Origin: a bacterium
Lineage (GTDB): Archaea > Thermoplasmatota > E2 > JACPAO01 > JAHFTW01
NCBI GenBank assembly: GCA_040390065.1
Contig: JAZJZE010000001.1
Location: 337,102 to 401,101 of the forward strand
Length of the DNA stretch: 64,000 bases
Direction: 5' to 3'
In this document: positions 54,668 to 63,537 of the stretch, piece after piece
How the letters are laid out: every line of letters starts with the position of its first letter
How positions within the stretch are numbered: the first letter of the stretch is position 1
Notes under the pieces: model-generated
Database searches by the model: none
What the model saw: only the letters and a program-made list of their open reading frames with translations
Told to the model about the DNA's origin: nothing
Made by a program: the position numbers and the translations under genes

Positions 54668-55069
54668 ATGCGTGGAATCCCCGGCAACGTCACGCGTGGC
54701 CTGCCCCGCGGCGCCCGCATGGAAGTCATCGACAACACGGGCGCCAAGGAAGTCGAGATCGTCATGGTCCCCAAGCTGGGCGGCGTCATGAAGCGCTACC
54801 CGGCCGCCGGTGTCGGCGACATGATCATCGTCTCCGTCAAGAAGGGTACGCCCGAGATGCGTCGCCAGATTCTCTACGCCGTCGTCGTCCGCCAGCGCCG
54901 CCCCTACAAGCGCGCCGACGGCACCACCGTCCAGTTCGAGGACAACGCGTGCGTCATCATCAACGAGGAGGACGGCGAAGTGAAGGGTTCCCAGATCAAG
55001 GGGCCCGTCGCGAAGGAAGCCGCTGCCCGCTGGCCCCGCATCGCCGCAACCGCGGCCACGATCATCTGA
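54668..55069 (+). CDS. rpl14: 50S ribosomal protein L14 (uL14)
   Basis: ARMEVIDNTGAKEVEIV..GDMIIVSVKKG..RQRRPYKRADGT. Confidence 0.95.
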   Translation: MRGIPGNVTRGLPRGARMEVIDNTGAKEVEIVMVPKLGGVMKRYPAAGVGDMIIVSVKKGTPEMRRQILYAVVVRQRRPYKRADGTTVQFEDNACVIINEEDGEVKGSQIKGPVAKEAAARWPRIAATAATII

Positions 55070-55078
55070 GGTGACACC

Positions 55079-55606
55079 ATGTTCCGCTCCCGCTCCGTCC
55101 AGAACCGCAAATTCCGCACCGCCTCCACGCAGCCCCGAAAGCAGCGCAAGGCGATGTACGACGCGCCGCAGCACATTGCCCGCAAGGCGCTGGCCAGCCA
55201 CCTCTCCGAGGAGTTGCTGCTGAAGTACAACCGCCGCAGCCTCACCGTCATCAAGGGCGACGAGGTCAAGGTCCTGCGCGGCGACTTTGCCGGCAAGTCG
55301 GGCAAGATTATTGGCATCGATGTCCCGGCTCGCCGCGTCACCGTCGACGGTGTCGTGAACAAGAAGGCGGACGGCACCGAGGTCGCCCGCTCCATCCACC
55401 CGTCCAACCTGCTCCTGGTCAAGCTCAACCTCGAGGACAACCGCCGCCGCGAGAAACTCGCCGAGGCCGAAGAGTCCACGAAGATGGGCACCTCCAAGAA
55501 GGCGGCCAAGCAGCCGTCCAACAAGGGCAAGCCCGCCAAGAAGGAGGCCCCCGCCAAGGCGGAGGCCAAGCCTGAGCCGAAGAAAGAAGTGGAAGTGAAG
55601 GTATGA
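55079..55606 (+). CDS. rpl24: 50S ribosomal protein L24 (uL24) with Lys/Ala-rich C-terminal tail
   Basis: KQRKAMYDAP..LTVIKGDEVKVLRGDFAGKSGKI KOW motif. Confidence 0.93.
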   Translation: MFRSRSVQNRKFRTASTQPRKQRKAMYDAPQHIARKALASHLSEELLLKYNRRSLTVIKGDEVKVLRGDFAGKSGKIIGIDVPARRVTVDGVVNKKADGTEVARSIHPSNLLLVKLNLEDNRRREKLAEAEESTKMGTSKKAAKQPSNKGKPAKKEAPAKAEAKPEPKKEVEVKV

Positions 55607-56325
55607 GCAAGCACCTGAAGCGCCTGGCAAGCCCGCGTTCGTGGGCGATCCCGCGCAAGACCAACGTCTACACGACGAAGCCCCGCCCCGGCGCGCACCC
55701 CATCGAGCGCGCCCTGCCCCTGGCGACCATCGTGCGCGACGTCCTCCAGCTCACCACCACGGGCCGCGAAGCCCGCCGCGTCATCGGCGCCGGCGAGGTC
55801 ATGGTCGACGGCCGCGTCGTCAAGGAACCCAAGTTCGCCGTCGGCTTCATGGACGTCGTCACCGTCGTGAAGCTCGGCAAGTCCTGGCGCGTCGTCGTCG
55901 ACGAAAAGGCCCGCCTCCGCCTGGCCCCCATCGAGTCGGCCCAGGCCGCGTGGAAGCTCGTCCAGATCGACGACAAGACGACCGTCTCCGGCGGCCGCAC
56001 CCAACTCAACTTCCACGACGGGCGCAACCTGCTAGTCAAGAAGGACGATTACAAGACCGGCGACGTCCTGCGCATGGAGCTCCCGTCGCAGAAGATCCTC
56101 GGCCACTTCCCCTTGAAGGAAGGCGCCCAGGTCTTCATCACGTCCGGCCGCCACGCCGGCGAAGTGGCGCCCGTCAAGGCCATCGAGGTCACGCGCAGCC
56201 ACAAGCCCAACCTCATCCACCTCGCCGTCGGCGACGTCGCGTTCACGACCATCAAGCCGTACGCGTTCCCCATCGGCGACAAGTCCAACATGCCCTCCAG
56301 CACGGCGGTGAAGACGATTGTCTAA
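55603..56325 (+). CDS. rps4e: 30S ribosomal protein S4e (eS4)
   Basis: MSKHLKRLASPRSWAIPRKTNVYTTKPRPGAH; ATGA overlap with rpl24. Confidence 0.95.
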   Translation: MSKHLKRLASPRSWAIPRKTNVYTTKPRPGAHPIERALPLATIVRDVLQLTTTGREARRVIGAGEVMVDGRVVKEPKFAVGFMDVVTVVKLGKSWRVVVDEKARLRLAPIESAQAAWKLVQIDDKTTVSGGRTQLNFHDGRNLLVKKDDYKTGDVLRMELPSQKILGHFPLKEGAQVFITSGRHAGEVAPVKAIEVTRSHKPNLIHLAVGDVAFTTIKPYAFPIGDKSNMPSSTAVKTIV

Positions 56326-57031
56326 GAATGAAAACAAGGGCGAGAACACCCGCGAGAACAAGTCCGGCAAGGACGCGCAGGGCTTCACGATCAAGGCCGA
56401 GAAGGCCGACAAGCCCGCCGCCAAGCCGGGCGCCAAGAACCCGTTGGCCACCGTGTACCCGGACCGCAAGCGCGCGGCCAAGGTCGCCAGGCCGGTCCTC
56501 ACCAAGATGGCCGCGGGCGCCACGAACCCGATGACGGTGCCCCGCATCGCCAAGGTCACCGTCAACATCGGTGTCGGCGACTCCGGCGAGAAGCTGGAGA
56601 AGGCCGAGAAGGTCCTGGCCAAGCTCACCGGCTGCAAGCCCGTGCGCACGCTCGGCCGCGAGATGAACCGCGAACTGAACGTCCGCCTCGGCCAGCCCAT
56701 CGGCTGCAAGGTCACCCTGCGCGGCGAGGACGCCGACTCGTTCGTCAAGCGCGCCCTCTACACGCGCAAGAACAAGGTGTACGAGTACTCCTTCGACAAC
56801 CAGGGCAACCTGCAGTTCGGCGTCACCGACTACACGAACTTCGAGGGCGAGCGCTACGACCCCGAGATCGGCGTCTTCGGCATGGACGTCTGCATCACGC
56901 TCGAGAAGCCGGGCTTCCGCGTCAAGCGCCGCCGCATGGTCGCGGCCAAGATCCCGGCCCAGCACCGCGTCACCCGCGACGAGGCCAAGGCCTTCCTGTC
57001 CAAGAAATTCGCCATCGAGGTGGTTGGATGA
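56318..57031 (+). CDS. rpl5: 50S ribosomal protein L5 (uL5), possibly with ~60-aa Lys/Ala-rich N-terminal extension
   Basis: Core [24 protein letters not shown]... TTG 56318 overlaps the rps4e stop. ATG 56507 would give a conventional N-terminus. Confidence 0.9.
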   Translation: MSKNENKGENTRENKSGKDAQGFTIKAEKADKPAAKPGAKNPLATVYPDRKRAAKVARPVLTKMAAGATNPMTVPRIAKVTVNIGVGDSGEKLEKAEKVLAKLTGCKPVRTLGREMNRELNVRLGQPIGCKVTLRGEDADSFVKRALYTRKNKVYEYSFDNQGNLQFGVTDYTNFEGERYDPEIGVFGMDVCITLEKPGFRVKRRRMVAAKIPAQHRVTRDEAKAFLSKKFAIEVVG

Positions 57032-57189
57032 CACTGCAAATGAAGACACGCAAGGTGTACAAGGGCGTCTACGAAGGCTGCCGCCGCTGCGGCCAGATGC
57101 GCTCCATGGTCCGCCGCTACGGACTGCGCCTGTGCCGCCACTGCTTCCGCGAATCTGCGCGTGACCTGGGCTTCAAGAAGTACTCCTAG
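57028..57189 (+). CDS. rps14: 30S ribosomal protein S14 (uS14, zinc-ribbon type)
   Basis: Not in the ORF track (53 aa). Hand translation: [57 protein letters not shown] overlap with rpl5. Confidence 0.9.
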   Translation: MTLQMKTRKVYKGVYEGCRRCGQMRSMVRRYGLRLCRHCFRESARDLGFKKYS

Positions 57190-57200
57190 GAGGAAATGAC

Positions 57201-57590
57201 ATGCAAAACGATCCTCTCGCCGACGCTCTGACCGTTCTTCGCAACGCCGAGCGCGCATCCAAGACCGAAGCCACCATCACCCCGGCCAGCAAGCTGGTCG
57301 GCCGCGTCCTCAAGGTCATGCAGGAGCAGGGCTACATCGGCCCCTTCGAGTACCAAGACGACGGCAAGGGCGGCCTGTACAAGGTCACGCTCGTGGGCGC
57401 CATCAACAACTGTGGCGTCATCAAGCCCCGCTACGCCATCAAGGTCGGGGAGTTCGACCACTGGGAGTCGCGCTTCCTTCCGGCGCGCGACTTCGGTTCG
57501 CTCATCCTCACCACCACGGGTGGCGTGATCGACCAATACAAGGCCAAGGAGGCCGGCACCGGCGGACGGTTGCTGGCGTACGTTTACTGA
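57201..57590 (+). CDS. rps8: 30S ribosomal protein S8 (uS8)
   Basis: MQNDPLADALTVLRNAERA..; GGAGG 8 nt upstream. Confidence 0.95.
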   Translation: MQNDPLADALTVLRNAERASKTEATITPASKLVGRVLKVMQEQGYIGPFEYQDDGKGGLYKVTLVGAINNCGVIKPRYAIKVGEFDHWESRFLPARDFGSLILTTTGGVIDQYKAKEAGTGGRLLAYVY

Positions 57591-57599
57591 GGTGAATGG

Positions 57600-58145
57600 A
57601 TGTCCAAAGTCGCTGAAACCATCCACAAGATCCCCGTCCCCGCCGGTGTCACCGTCACGGTCGGGCCGAACAACAACAAGACCGTCGTGAAGGGCCCCAA
57701 GGGGACCCTGCAGCGGCCGTTCCGCAGCCTTTCCGTGAAGGTCCGTATGGACGGCGCCACGGTCGTCGTATCCAAGGAATTGCCCCGGCGCAAGGAGAAG
57801 GCCATGGCCGGAACCTACGCGGCGCACATCCAGAACATGATCAAGGGAGTCACGAACGGCTGGACCTACCAGATGAAGGCCGTGTTCAACCACTTTCCCA
57901 TCAAGATGACCATCCACGGCGATGCGTTCCACGTCGAGAACTTCCTCGGGGAGCGCTCGCCGCGCGTCGCACGCATCGAGCCGGGCGTCAAGATCACCGT
58001 GAAGGGCGCCGACGTCACGCTCGAGGGCGTCGACCTCACCGCGGTCTCGCAGACCGCCGCCAACATCGAAGGCTGCACCAAGATCCGCAACAAGGACATC
58101 CGCGTCTTCCAGGACGGCGTGTACATCACGAACAAGGGGGCCTAA
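57600..58145 (+). CDS. rpl6: 50S ribosomal protein L6 (uL6)
   Basis: VTVGPNNNKTVVKGPKGTLQRPF..; operon position. Confidence 0.95.
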   Translation: MSKVAETIHKIPVPAGVTVTVGPNNNKTVVKGPKGTLQRPFRSLSVKVRMDGATVVVSKELPRRKEKAMAGTYAAHIQNMIKGVTNGWTYQMKAVFNHFPIKMTIHGDAFHVENFLGERSPRVARIEPGVKITVKGADVTLEGVDLTAVSQTAANIEGCTKIRNKDIRVFQDGVYITNKGA

Positions 58146-58147
58146 GC

Positions 58148-58705
58148 ATGACTCCGGACAAGAAGAAGGAATCCGCCGCCAAGAAGGCCGGCGAGAAGGC
58201 CCGCGCGAAGGCCGCAGCCAAGAAGGACACCAAGGAGCACAAGCCGGCCGCCACCGACGGCAAGCCGGAACCCAAGGCCGAGTCCTACAAGGCCCGCGCC
58301 AAGCCCAAGCTCACCGCCGACCAGAGCCAGGCCCTCGGCCTGCGCCGCGAGAAGCAGTCCAAGCGCCCAGCGTTCCGCCGCCACGAATGGTGGCGCTACG
58401 TCAAGCTCGGCGGCAAGAACGCCCCGTGGCGCGTCCCGAGCGGCATCCACTCCAAGGTGCGCCGCCACTTCAAGTACCGTCCGCCGGTCGTCTCGATTGG
58501 CTACCGCGGCCCCGCCGACGTGCGCGGGCTGCACCCGTCGGGCTTCGAGGAAGTGCTCGTGTACAACCCCGAGCAGCTCGCGAAGATCGACAAGACCACG
58601 CAGGCGGCCCGCATCGGCGGCACCGTCGGCGGCCGCAAGGCCAAGCTCATCGTGGAGGCCGCCGACAAGGCCGGCATCCGCGTCCTCAACCGAGGTGAGA
58701 ACTGA
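58148..58705 (+). CDS. rpl32e: 50S ribosomal protein L32e (eL32) with Lys/Ala-rich N-terminal extension
   Basis: Core RPAFRRHEWWRYVKLG..WRVPSGIHSKVR. Confidence 0.93.
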   Translation: MTPDKKKESAAKKAGEKARAKAAAKKDTKEHKPAATDGKPEPKAESYKARAKPKLTADQSQALGLRREKQSKRPAFRRHEWWRYVKLGGKNAPWRVPSGIHSKVRRHFKYRPPVVSIGYRGPADVRGLHPSGFEEVLVYNPEQLAKIDKTTQAARIGGTVGGRKAKLIVEAADKAGIRVLNRGEN

Positions 58706-59169
58706 TGGCCGATCTGCGCAACCAGAAGCGCCTGGCAGCCTCCGTCATGAAGGTGGGCGCCAGCCGCATCCGCATCGACCCTGACCGCAACGACGAGGTC
58801 GCGACGGCGGTGACCCGCGGCGACGTGCGCAAGCTCGTCTCCGGCGGCGTCATCACGGCCGTCCAGAAGACCGGCGTCTCACGCGGCCGCGGCCGCAAGA
58901 TCGCATCCCAGAAGGCCAAGGGCCGCCGCACCGGCCCCGGCTCCCGCAAGGGCGCCGCCAACGCCCGCACGCCGCGCAAGGCGACGTGGGTCGGCCGCAT
59001 CCGGGCGCTGCGCGACGAGCTGCGTGTCCTTCGCGAGAAGGGCGCCATCGACGCCGCCGCGTACCGCGACTACTATGTGCGCGCGAAGGGCGGACAGTTC
59101 CGCTCCCGCGCCCACTTGCGCACCCACATGAAGACTGAAGGCGCCCTCTCCGAAGAGGTGGCAATCTAA
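58705..59169 (+). CDS. rpl19e: 50S ribosomal protein L19e (eL19)
   Basis: MADLRNQKRLAASVMKVGASRIRIDPD. Confidence 0.95.
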   Translation: MADLRNQKRLAASVMKVGASRIRIDPDRNDEVATAVTRGDVRKLVSGGVITAVQKTGVSRGRGRKIASQKAKGRRTGPGSRKGAANARTPRKATWVGRIRALRDELRVLREKGAIDAAAYRDYYVRAKGGQFRSRAHLRTHMKTEGALSEEVAI

Positions 59170-59765
59170 TGGCAACCTCACCCCGCACCCGCGTCCCGTT
59201 CCGCCGCCGCCGCCAAGGCAAGACCGACTACCGCCGCCGCCTGGCCCTGCTGCGCTCCGAGGAGACCCGCCTGGTCGTCCGCCGCACCAGCGCCAACGTC
59301 ATCGTGCAGTTCGTCGACTGGGACCAGAACGGCGACCTCGTGAAGGCCACCGCCGTCGCCCAGGAACTCGCCAAGCTCGGCTGGGAAGGATCCAGCAAGA
59401 ACACTCCCGCAGCGTACCTGACCGGTCTCCTGGCCGGCAAGCGCGCTGCTGCCGCCGGCGTCTCGTCGGCGGTCCTCGACATCGGCCGCCGCCCGCCCAC
59501 GAAGGGCTCGCGCGTCTTTGCCGCCCTCAAGGGCGTCCTGGACGCCGGCATCGACGTGCCACACGGCGAGGATGGCATCTACCCCAGTGAAGAGCGCCTG
59601 AACGGGGCGTTCCTGGACCTGGAAACGAACTTCAACGCTGTCAAGGCCAAGATTGGGTCTGGAGACCAGAAGGGCTCTGGACCCGCGAGCGCTGCCCACA
59701 AGGGCAGTGCGGTCGGCGCCACGCCGAAGGCATCGGCAGCTAAGTCCAACGACGAGGAAGAATAA
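59169..59765 (+). CDS. rpl18: 50S ribosomal protein L18 (uL18)
   Basis: RVPFRRRRQGKTDYRRRLALLRSEETRLVVRRT. Confidence 0.95.
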   Translation: MATSPRTRVPFRRRRQGKTDYRRRLALLRSEETRLVVRRTSANVIVQFVDWDQNGDLVKATAVAQELAKLGWEGSSKNTPAAYLTGLLAGKRAAAAGVSSAVLDIGRRPPTKGSRVFAALKGVLDAGIDVPHGEDGIYPSEERLNGAFLDLETNFNAVKAKIGSGDQKGSGPASAAHKGSAVGATPKASAAKSNDEEE

Positions 59766-59766
59766 C

Positions 59767-60678
59767 ATGGCCGACGCTCCAAGCAGTCCAGCCCCCCGCG
59801 CGCCGCGTGCCGCGGGCGAAGCGCCCCGCTCCGGCGGATTCGGTGGCCCCCGCGGCGGCGGAGGCGGCTTCGGCGGCCCCCGCCCCGGCGTGCGCCCAGA
59901 CGGCCGCCGCTCCGCCCCGCGTGGCGGCTCGCGCGATGGCGCCCCGCGCCGCCGCCGCGACGACGACGCACCCAAGCTGCCGTGGGTCCCCAAGACCCGC
60001 CTTGGCAAGATGGTCAAGTCCGGCGACGTGAAGTCGATGAGCGAGGCACTGGCCACGAAGCTGCCGCTTCGCGAACCCGAGATCGTCGACGCACTCCTCC
60101 CGGAACTCGCCGATGAAGTCCTCAACATCAACATGGTCCAACGCATGACCGACTCCGGCCGCCGCGTCCGCTTCAGCATCACCGCTGTCACGGGCAACAA
60201 GGACGGCTTCGTCGGCCTCGGCATGGCGAAGGGCAAGGAAGTCGGCCCCACGATCAAGCGCGCCATCGACCGCGCGAAGATCAACATGATCGAAGTCAAG
60301 CGCGGCTCCGGCTCGTGGCAGTCGGGCGCCGGCGCCCCCGCCAACTCGGTGCCGTTCAAGCTGTTCGGCAAGTGCGCCTCGACCGAAGTCACCATCAAGC
60401 CGGCGCCGCAGGGCACCGGCCTCGTCGGCGGCAAGACCGCCCGCGCCGTCCTCGGACTCGCGGGCGTGCACGACGCGTGGATCTACACGCGCGGCCAGAC
60501 CGGCACGACCACGAACTACGCCAAGGCACTGTTTGCGGCTCTGAAGAACGTCGAGGACATGGAGATGACGCCAGCCCAGCGCTCGCGCATCCAGATGGTC
60601 TCTGGCGCCCAGAAGGCCATCGCACCGCGCCCGGTCGAGCAGCCGCCGGTGGCGGCCCCTGAAGGAGGCGCGGCATGA
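59767..60678 (+). CDS. rps5: 30S ribosomal protein S5 (uS5) with ~75-aa Arg/Gly-rich N-terminal extension
   Basis: ATG 59767 (MADAPSS..). GGFGGPRGGGGGFGGPRPG stretch, then core WVPKTRLGKMVKSG..VTGNKDGFVGLGMAKGKEV. Confidence 0.92.
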   Translation: MADAPSSPAPRAPRAAGEAPRSGGFGGPRGGGGGFGGPRPGVRPDGRRSAPRGGSRDGAPRRRRDDDAPKLPWVPKTRLGKMVKSGDVKSMSEALATKLPLREPEIVDALLPELADEVLNINMVQRMTDSGRRVRFSITAVTGNKDGFVGLGMAKGKEVGPTIKRAIDRAKINMIEVKRGSGSWQSGAGAPANSVPFKLFGKCASTEVTIKPAPQGTGLVGGKTARAVLGLAGVHDAWIYTRGQTGTTTNYAKALFAALKNVEDMEMTPAQRSRIQMVSGAQKAIAPRPVEQPPVAAPEGGAA

Positions 60679-61298
60679 GCACGGCCCGCCCCCCGATGGC
60701 GCACCGCGTCGGCTCCAAGACGGGAGCCTTCACCATCATCCGCCTGCGCGGCACGCAGAACCTCAACCCCAAGACGAAGGACACGCTGCGCTACCTGCGC
60801 CTCAACCGCGTCAACCACGCCGTCGTCCTGCCGCAGAACGAGACGACCATCGGCATGCTCCAGGTCGCCAAGGACTACGTCACTTGGGGCGAGGTCGACG
60901 CTGCAACGTTGTCCAGCGTCATCAAGTCGCGCGGCCGCGTCGTCGGCAACGGTCCCCTCACGGAGGCCCACGTCGCGAAGCACACGCCGTTCAAGACCAT
61001 CGACGCACTGGCCTCGGCCATCGTCGAGGGCAAGTTCCGCTACCAGGACGTGCCCGAGGTCAAGCCCCTGTTCCGCCTGCACCCGGCCCGCAACGGCCTG
61101 GAAGGCATCAAGCGCTCCGTCCAGGTGGGCGGCGCGCTCGGCTACCGCGGCCCGGCCATCAACAAGCTGCTTGGCAAGATGATCCACAGCGACAACGAGG
61201 GCACGGGCTCGACGGCGCCGAAACAGACCGTCAAGCAGCCCGCGAAGGTCGCCGCCACCTCCGTCCGCGCGGGCGCCCAGACATCGGGAGGTGCCTGA
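60675..61298 (+). CDS. rpl30: 50S ribosomal protein L30 (uL30)
   Basis: FTIIRLRGTQNLNPKTKDTLRYLRLNRVNHAVV; ATGA overlap with rps5. Confidence 0.93.
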   Translation: MSTARPPMAHRVGSKTGAFTIIRLRGTQNLNPKTKDTLRYLRLNRVNHAVVLPQNETTIGMLQVAKDYVTWGEVDAATLSSVIKSRGRVVGNGPLTEAHVAKHTPFKTIDALASAIVEGKFRYQDVPEVKPLFRLHPARNGLEGIKRSVQVGGALGYRGPAINKLLGKMIHSDNEGTGSTAPKQTVKQPAKVAATSVRAGAQTSGGA

Positions 61299-61299
61299 G

Positions 61300-61845
61300 A
61301 TGGCATCGGGTGGCAAAGCCAAGAAGATGCGCGGCAACCACACGCACGGACGCGGCAAGAAGGCCGGCCGTGGCGCGGGTCTGCAGGGCGGCCGCGGCCG
61401 CGCCGGCGCCAACAAGCACCGCTACCTCATGTTGCAGGTGCTCGGCGGCAAGCACGCCCACATGGCGGCCAAGCCGTGGGGCCGCATCGGCTTCAAGTAC
61501 CGCAGCCGCGACGGCAACCCGAAGCCGGAGTCGCTCAACGTCGGTGACCTCGCCCTGGTCTTCCCGGGCAAGTCCGACATCGACCTGACGCTCGCGGGCT
61601 ACGGCAAGTTGCTGGGTTCCGGCGACGTCGCTGGCAAGTTCACGGTCAAGGTGGAGTCGGCCTCGGCCGGCGCCATCGCGAAGGTCAAGAAGGCCGGCGG
61701 CAACGTCGTCCTCCCGGCCGGCGCCTCCCCAGAGGAGAAGGCCGCAGCGGCGAAGGCAGCCCAATCCAAGGCCGCGGCCGCCAAGCCCGCAGCAAAGGGT
61801 GCCCCCGCCAAGCCGGCGGACAAGCCCGCTCCGGCCAAGCCGTAG
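61300..61845 (+). CDS. rpl15: 50S ribosomal protein L15 (uL15) with Ala/Lys/Pro-rich C-terminal tail
   Basis: MASGGKAKKMRGNHTHGRGKKAGRGAGLQGGRG. GGGAGGTG upstream. GTG 61291 is an alternative start. Confidence 0.92.
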   Translation: MASGGKAKKMRGNHTHGRGKKAGRGAGLQGGRGRAGANKHRYLMLQVLGGKHAHMAAKPWGRIGFKYRSRDGNPKPESLNVGDLALVFPGKSDIDLTLAGYGKLLGSGDVAGKFTVKVESASAGAIAKVKKAGGNVVLPAGASPEEKAAAAKAAQSKAAAAKPAAKGAPAKPADKPAPAKP

Positions 61846-61944
61846 ATAGGTCAGGCCCGTTTTCCCCTTCTTTCCCTTCCTTCAAGTCCGAGCCCTTAAG
61901 AGGGAACCCTCTTTGGGCGCAACAATCCCCGGCTGGTCCCACAC

Positions 61945-63537
61945 ATGGCAGACACGGAGAAACGCAGTTCCCTCTACGCACTGGAGCCCCTCATCAAGAG
62001 GTGGCCTGCGGTCACGAAGCCTGAGGGTCACGTCTCGTTCAAGACGAAGCTCCTCTGGACGACCATTTGTCTCCTGCTGTACTTCGCGCTGTCGAACATC
62101 CCGCTCTTCGGGGTGTCGAACCAGCAGCTCGACATCTTTGCGAGCTTCCGCGCCGTCTTGGCCGGCCAGTCCGGCACTTTGATGCACCTGGGCATCGGCC
62201 CCATCGTCACCGGGTCCATCGTGATGCAGCTCTTCACGGGCGCCAAGATCATCAAGCTCGACCTCACGAAGGACGAGGACAAGGCGATCTACCAGGGCGC
62301 CCAGAAGATCATGGTCCTGCTGTTCATCTTCATCGAAGCCATCCCGCAAGTGTACGGCTTCCTCAACCCGGACCCGAAGTTCATCTCCTGGTTTGGCAGC
62401 CACAACATCGGCGGCGGCGAGGCCTGGTCCCGCAGTGTCATCATCGCGCAGTTGGCTCTCGGCGCCATCATCGTCTTCCTGATGGACGAACTCATCTCCA
62501 AGTGGGGTATCGGTTCGGGCATTTCGCTCTTCATCGCGGCCGGTGTGAGCCAGTCGCTGTTCCAAGGCACCTTGTCTTGGCAGCCGTCGAACGCGGGCCT
62601 TGGCAACCACTACAACCCCATCACGAACCCGCCCGTCGGGGCCATTCCCATGGCGGGATACGTGTTCTGGAACCGTGACTTGCAAAGCATGGTGCATGGG
62701 CAAGGCTTCGAGAACGTCTTCATCGGCGGCGGCAACTTCCCCAACCCACTCATCGCCTTCTTCGGCACGATCATGATCTTCATGTTCGTGGTCTACGCGG
62801 AAGCAAGCCGCATCGAGTTGCCCCTCGCGCACGGCAAGGTCCGCGGCGCCCGCGGCCGCTACCCGCTGCGCCTCATCTACGCCTCGAACATCCCGGTCAT
62901 CCTGATGGCCGCGCTGCTCGCGAACATCAACATCTTCAGCCTGCTTCTCTGGCAGCACCCAACGTTCAGTCACATCCCCGGCATCGGCCACTCCTGGTGG
63001 GTCGGCACGTACGAGACCGGCGGCGGCTCGACGCAGCCCATCGCCGGCGGCGCCTGGTACCTGCAGCAGTTCCGAGGATTGTCCGATTGGTTCCTGCCCC
63101 TGTTCGACCCGCGCTACAGTGGGCTTGCCCACGGCCACGTGTGGTGGCAGATCCTCATCAAGATCACGTTGTTCCTGGGCCTCTTCATCGGCGGCTCCAT
63201 CATGTTCGCCAAGTTCTGGGTCGACACGACGAACATGGGCCCCCATGACGTGGCCAAGCAGATCGAGAAATCCGGCATGCAGATTCCCGGCTTCCGCCGT
63301 GACCCGCGCGTGCTGGAGAAGGTCCTCGAACGCTACATTCCAACTCTTACCATCATCGGTGGTGCGACGGTCGGTGCTCTGGCAGCCGTTGCCGACATGA
63401 TCGGTACCGTCGGCCAGGCGTCCGGTACTGGATTGCTGCTCTGCGTCGGCATTTTCATGAGGATGTACGAGCAGATTGCGAAGGAACAGGTCATGGAAAT
63501 GCACCCCGTGCTCCGTGGCTTCTTCGGCGCGGAATAG
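61945..63537 (+). CDS. secY: Preprotein translocase subunit SecY
   Basis: 530 aa, 10-TM pattern, LLWTTICLLLYFALSNIPLFGV.. Follows rpl15 as in all prokaryotic spc-type operons. Confidence 0.95.
   Translation: MADTEKRSSLYALEPLIKRWPAVTKPEGHVSFKTKLLWTTICLLLYFALSNIPLFGVSNQQLDIFASFRAVLAGQSGTLMHLGIGPIVTGSIVMQLFTGAKIIKLDLTKDEDKAIYQGAQKIMVLLFIFIEAIPQVYGFLNPDPKFISWFGSHNIGGGEAWSRSVIIAQLALGAIIVFLMDELISKWGIGSGISLFIAAGVSQSLFQGTLSWQPSNAGLGNHYNPITNPPVGAIPMAGYVFWNRDLQSMVHGQGFENVFIGGGNFPNPLIAFFGTIMIFMFVVYAEASRIELPLAHGKVRGARGRYPLRLIYASNIPVILMAALLANINIFSLLLWQHPTFSHIPGIGHSWWVGTYETGGGSTQPIAGGAWYLQQFRGLSDWFLPLFDPRYSGLAHGHVWWQILIKITLFLGLFIGGSIMFAKFWVDTTNMGPHDVAKQIEKSGMQIPGFRRDPRVLEKVLERYIPTLTIIGGATVGALAAVADMIGTVGQASGTGLLLCVGIFMRMYEQIAKEQVMEMHPVLRGFFGAE

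Noticed and set aside
46446-63537. Assigning the organism to Halobacteria because of the high GC and the archaeal operon.
   Set aside because: The ribosomal and other proteins are not Asp/Glu-enriched; many carry basic Lys/Arg tails. Lineage is left open.
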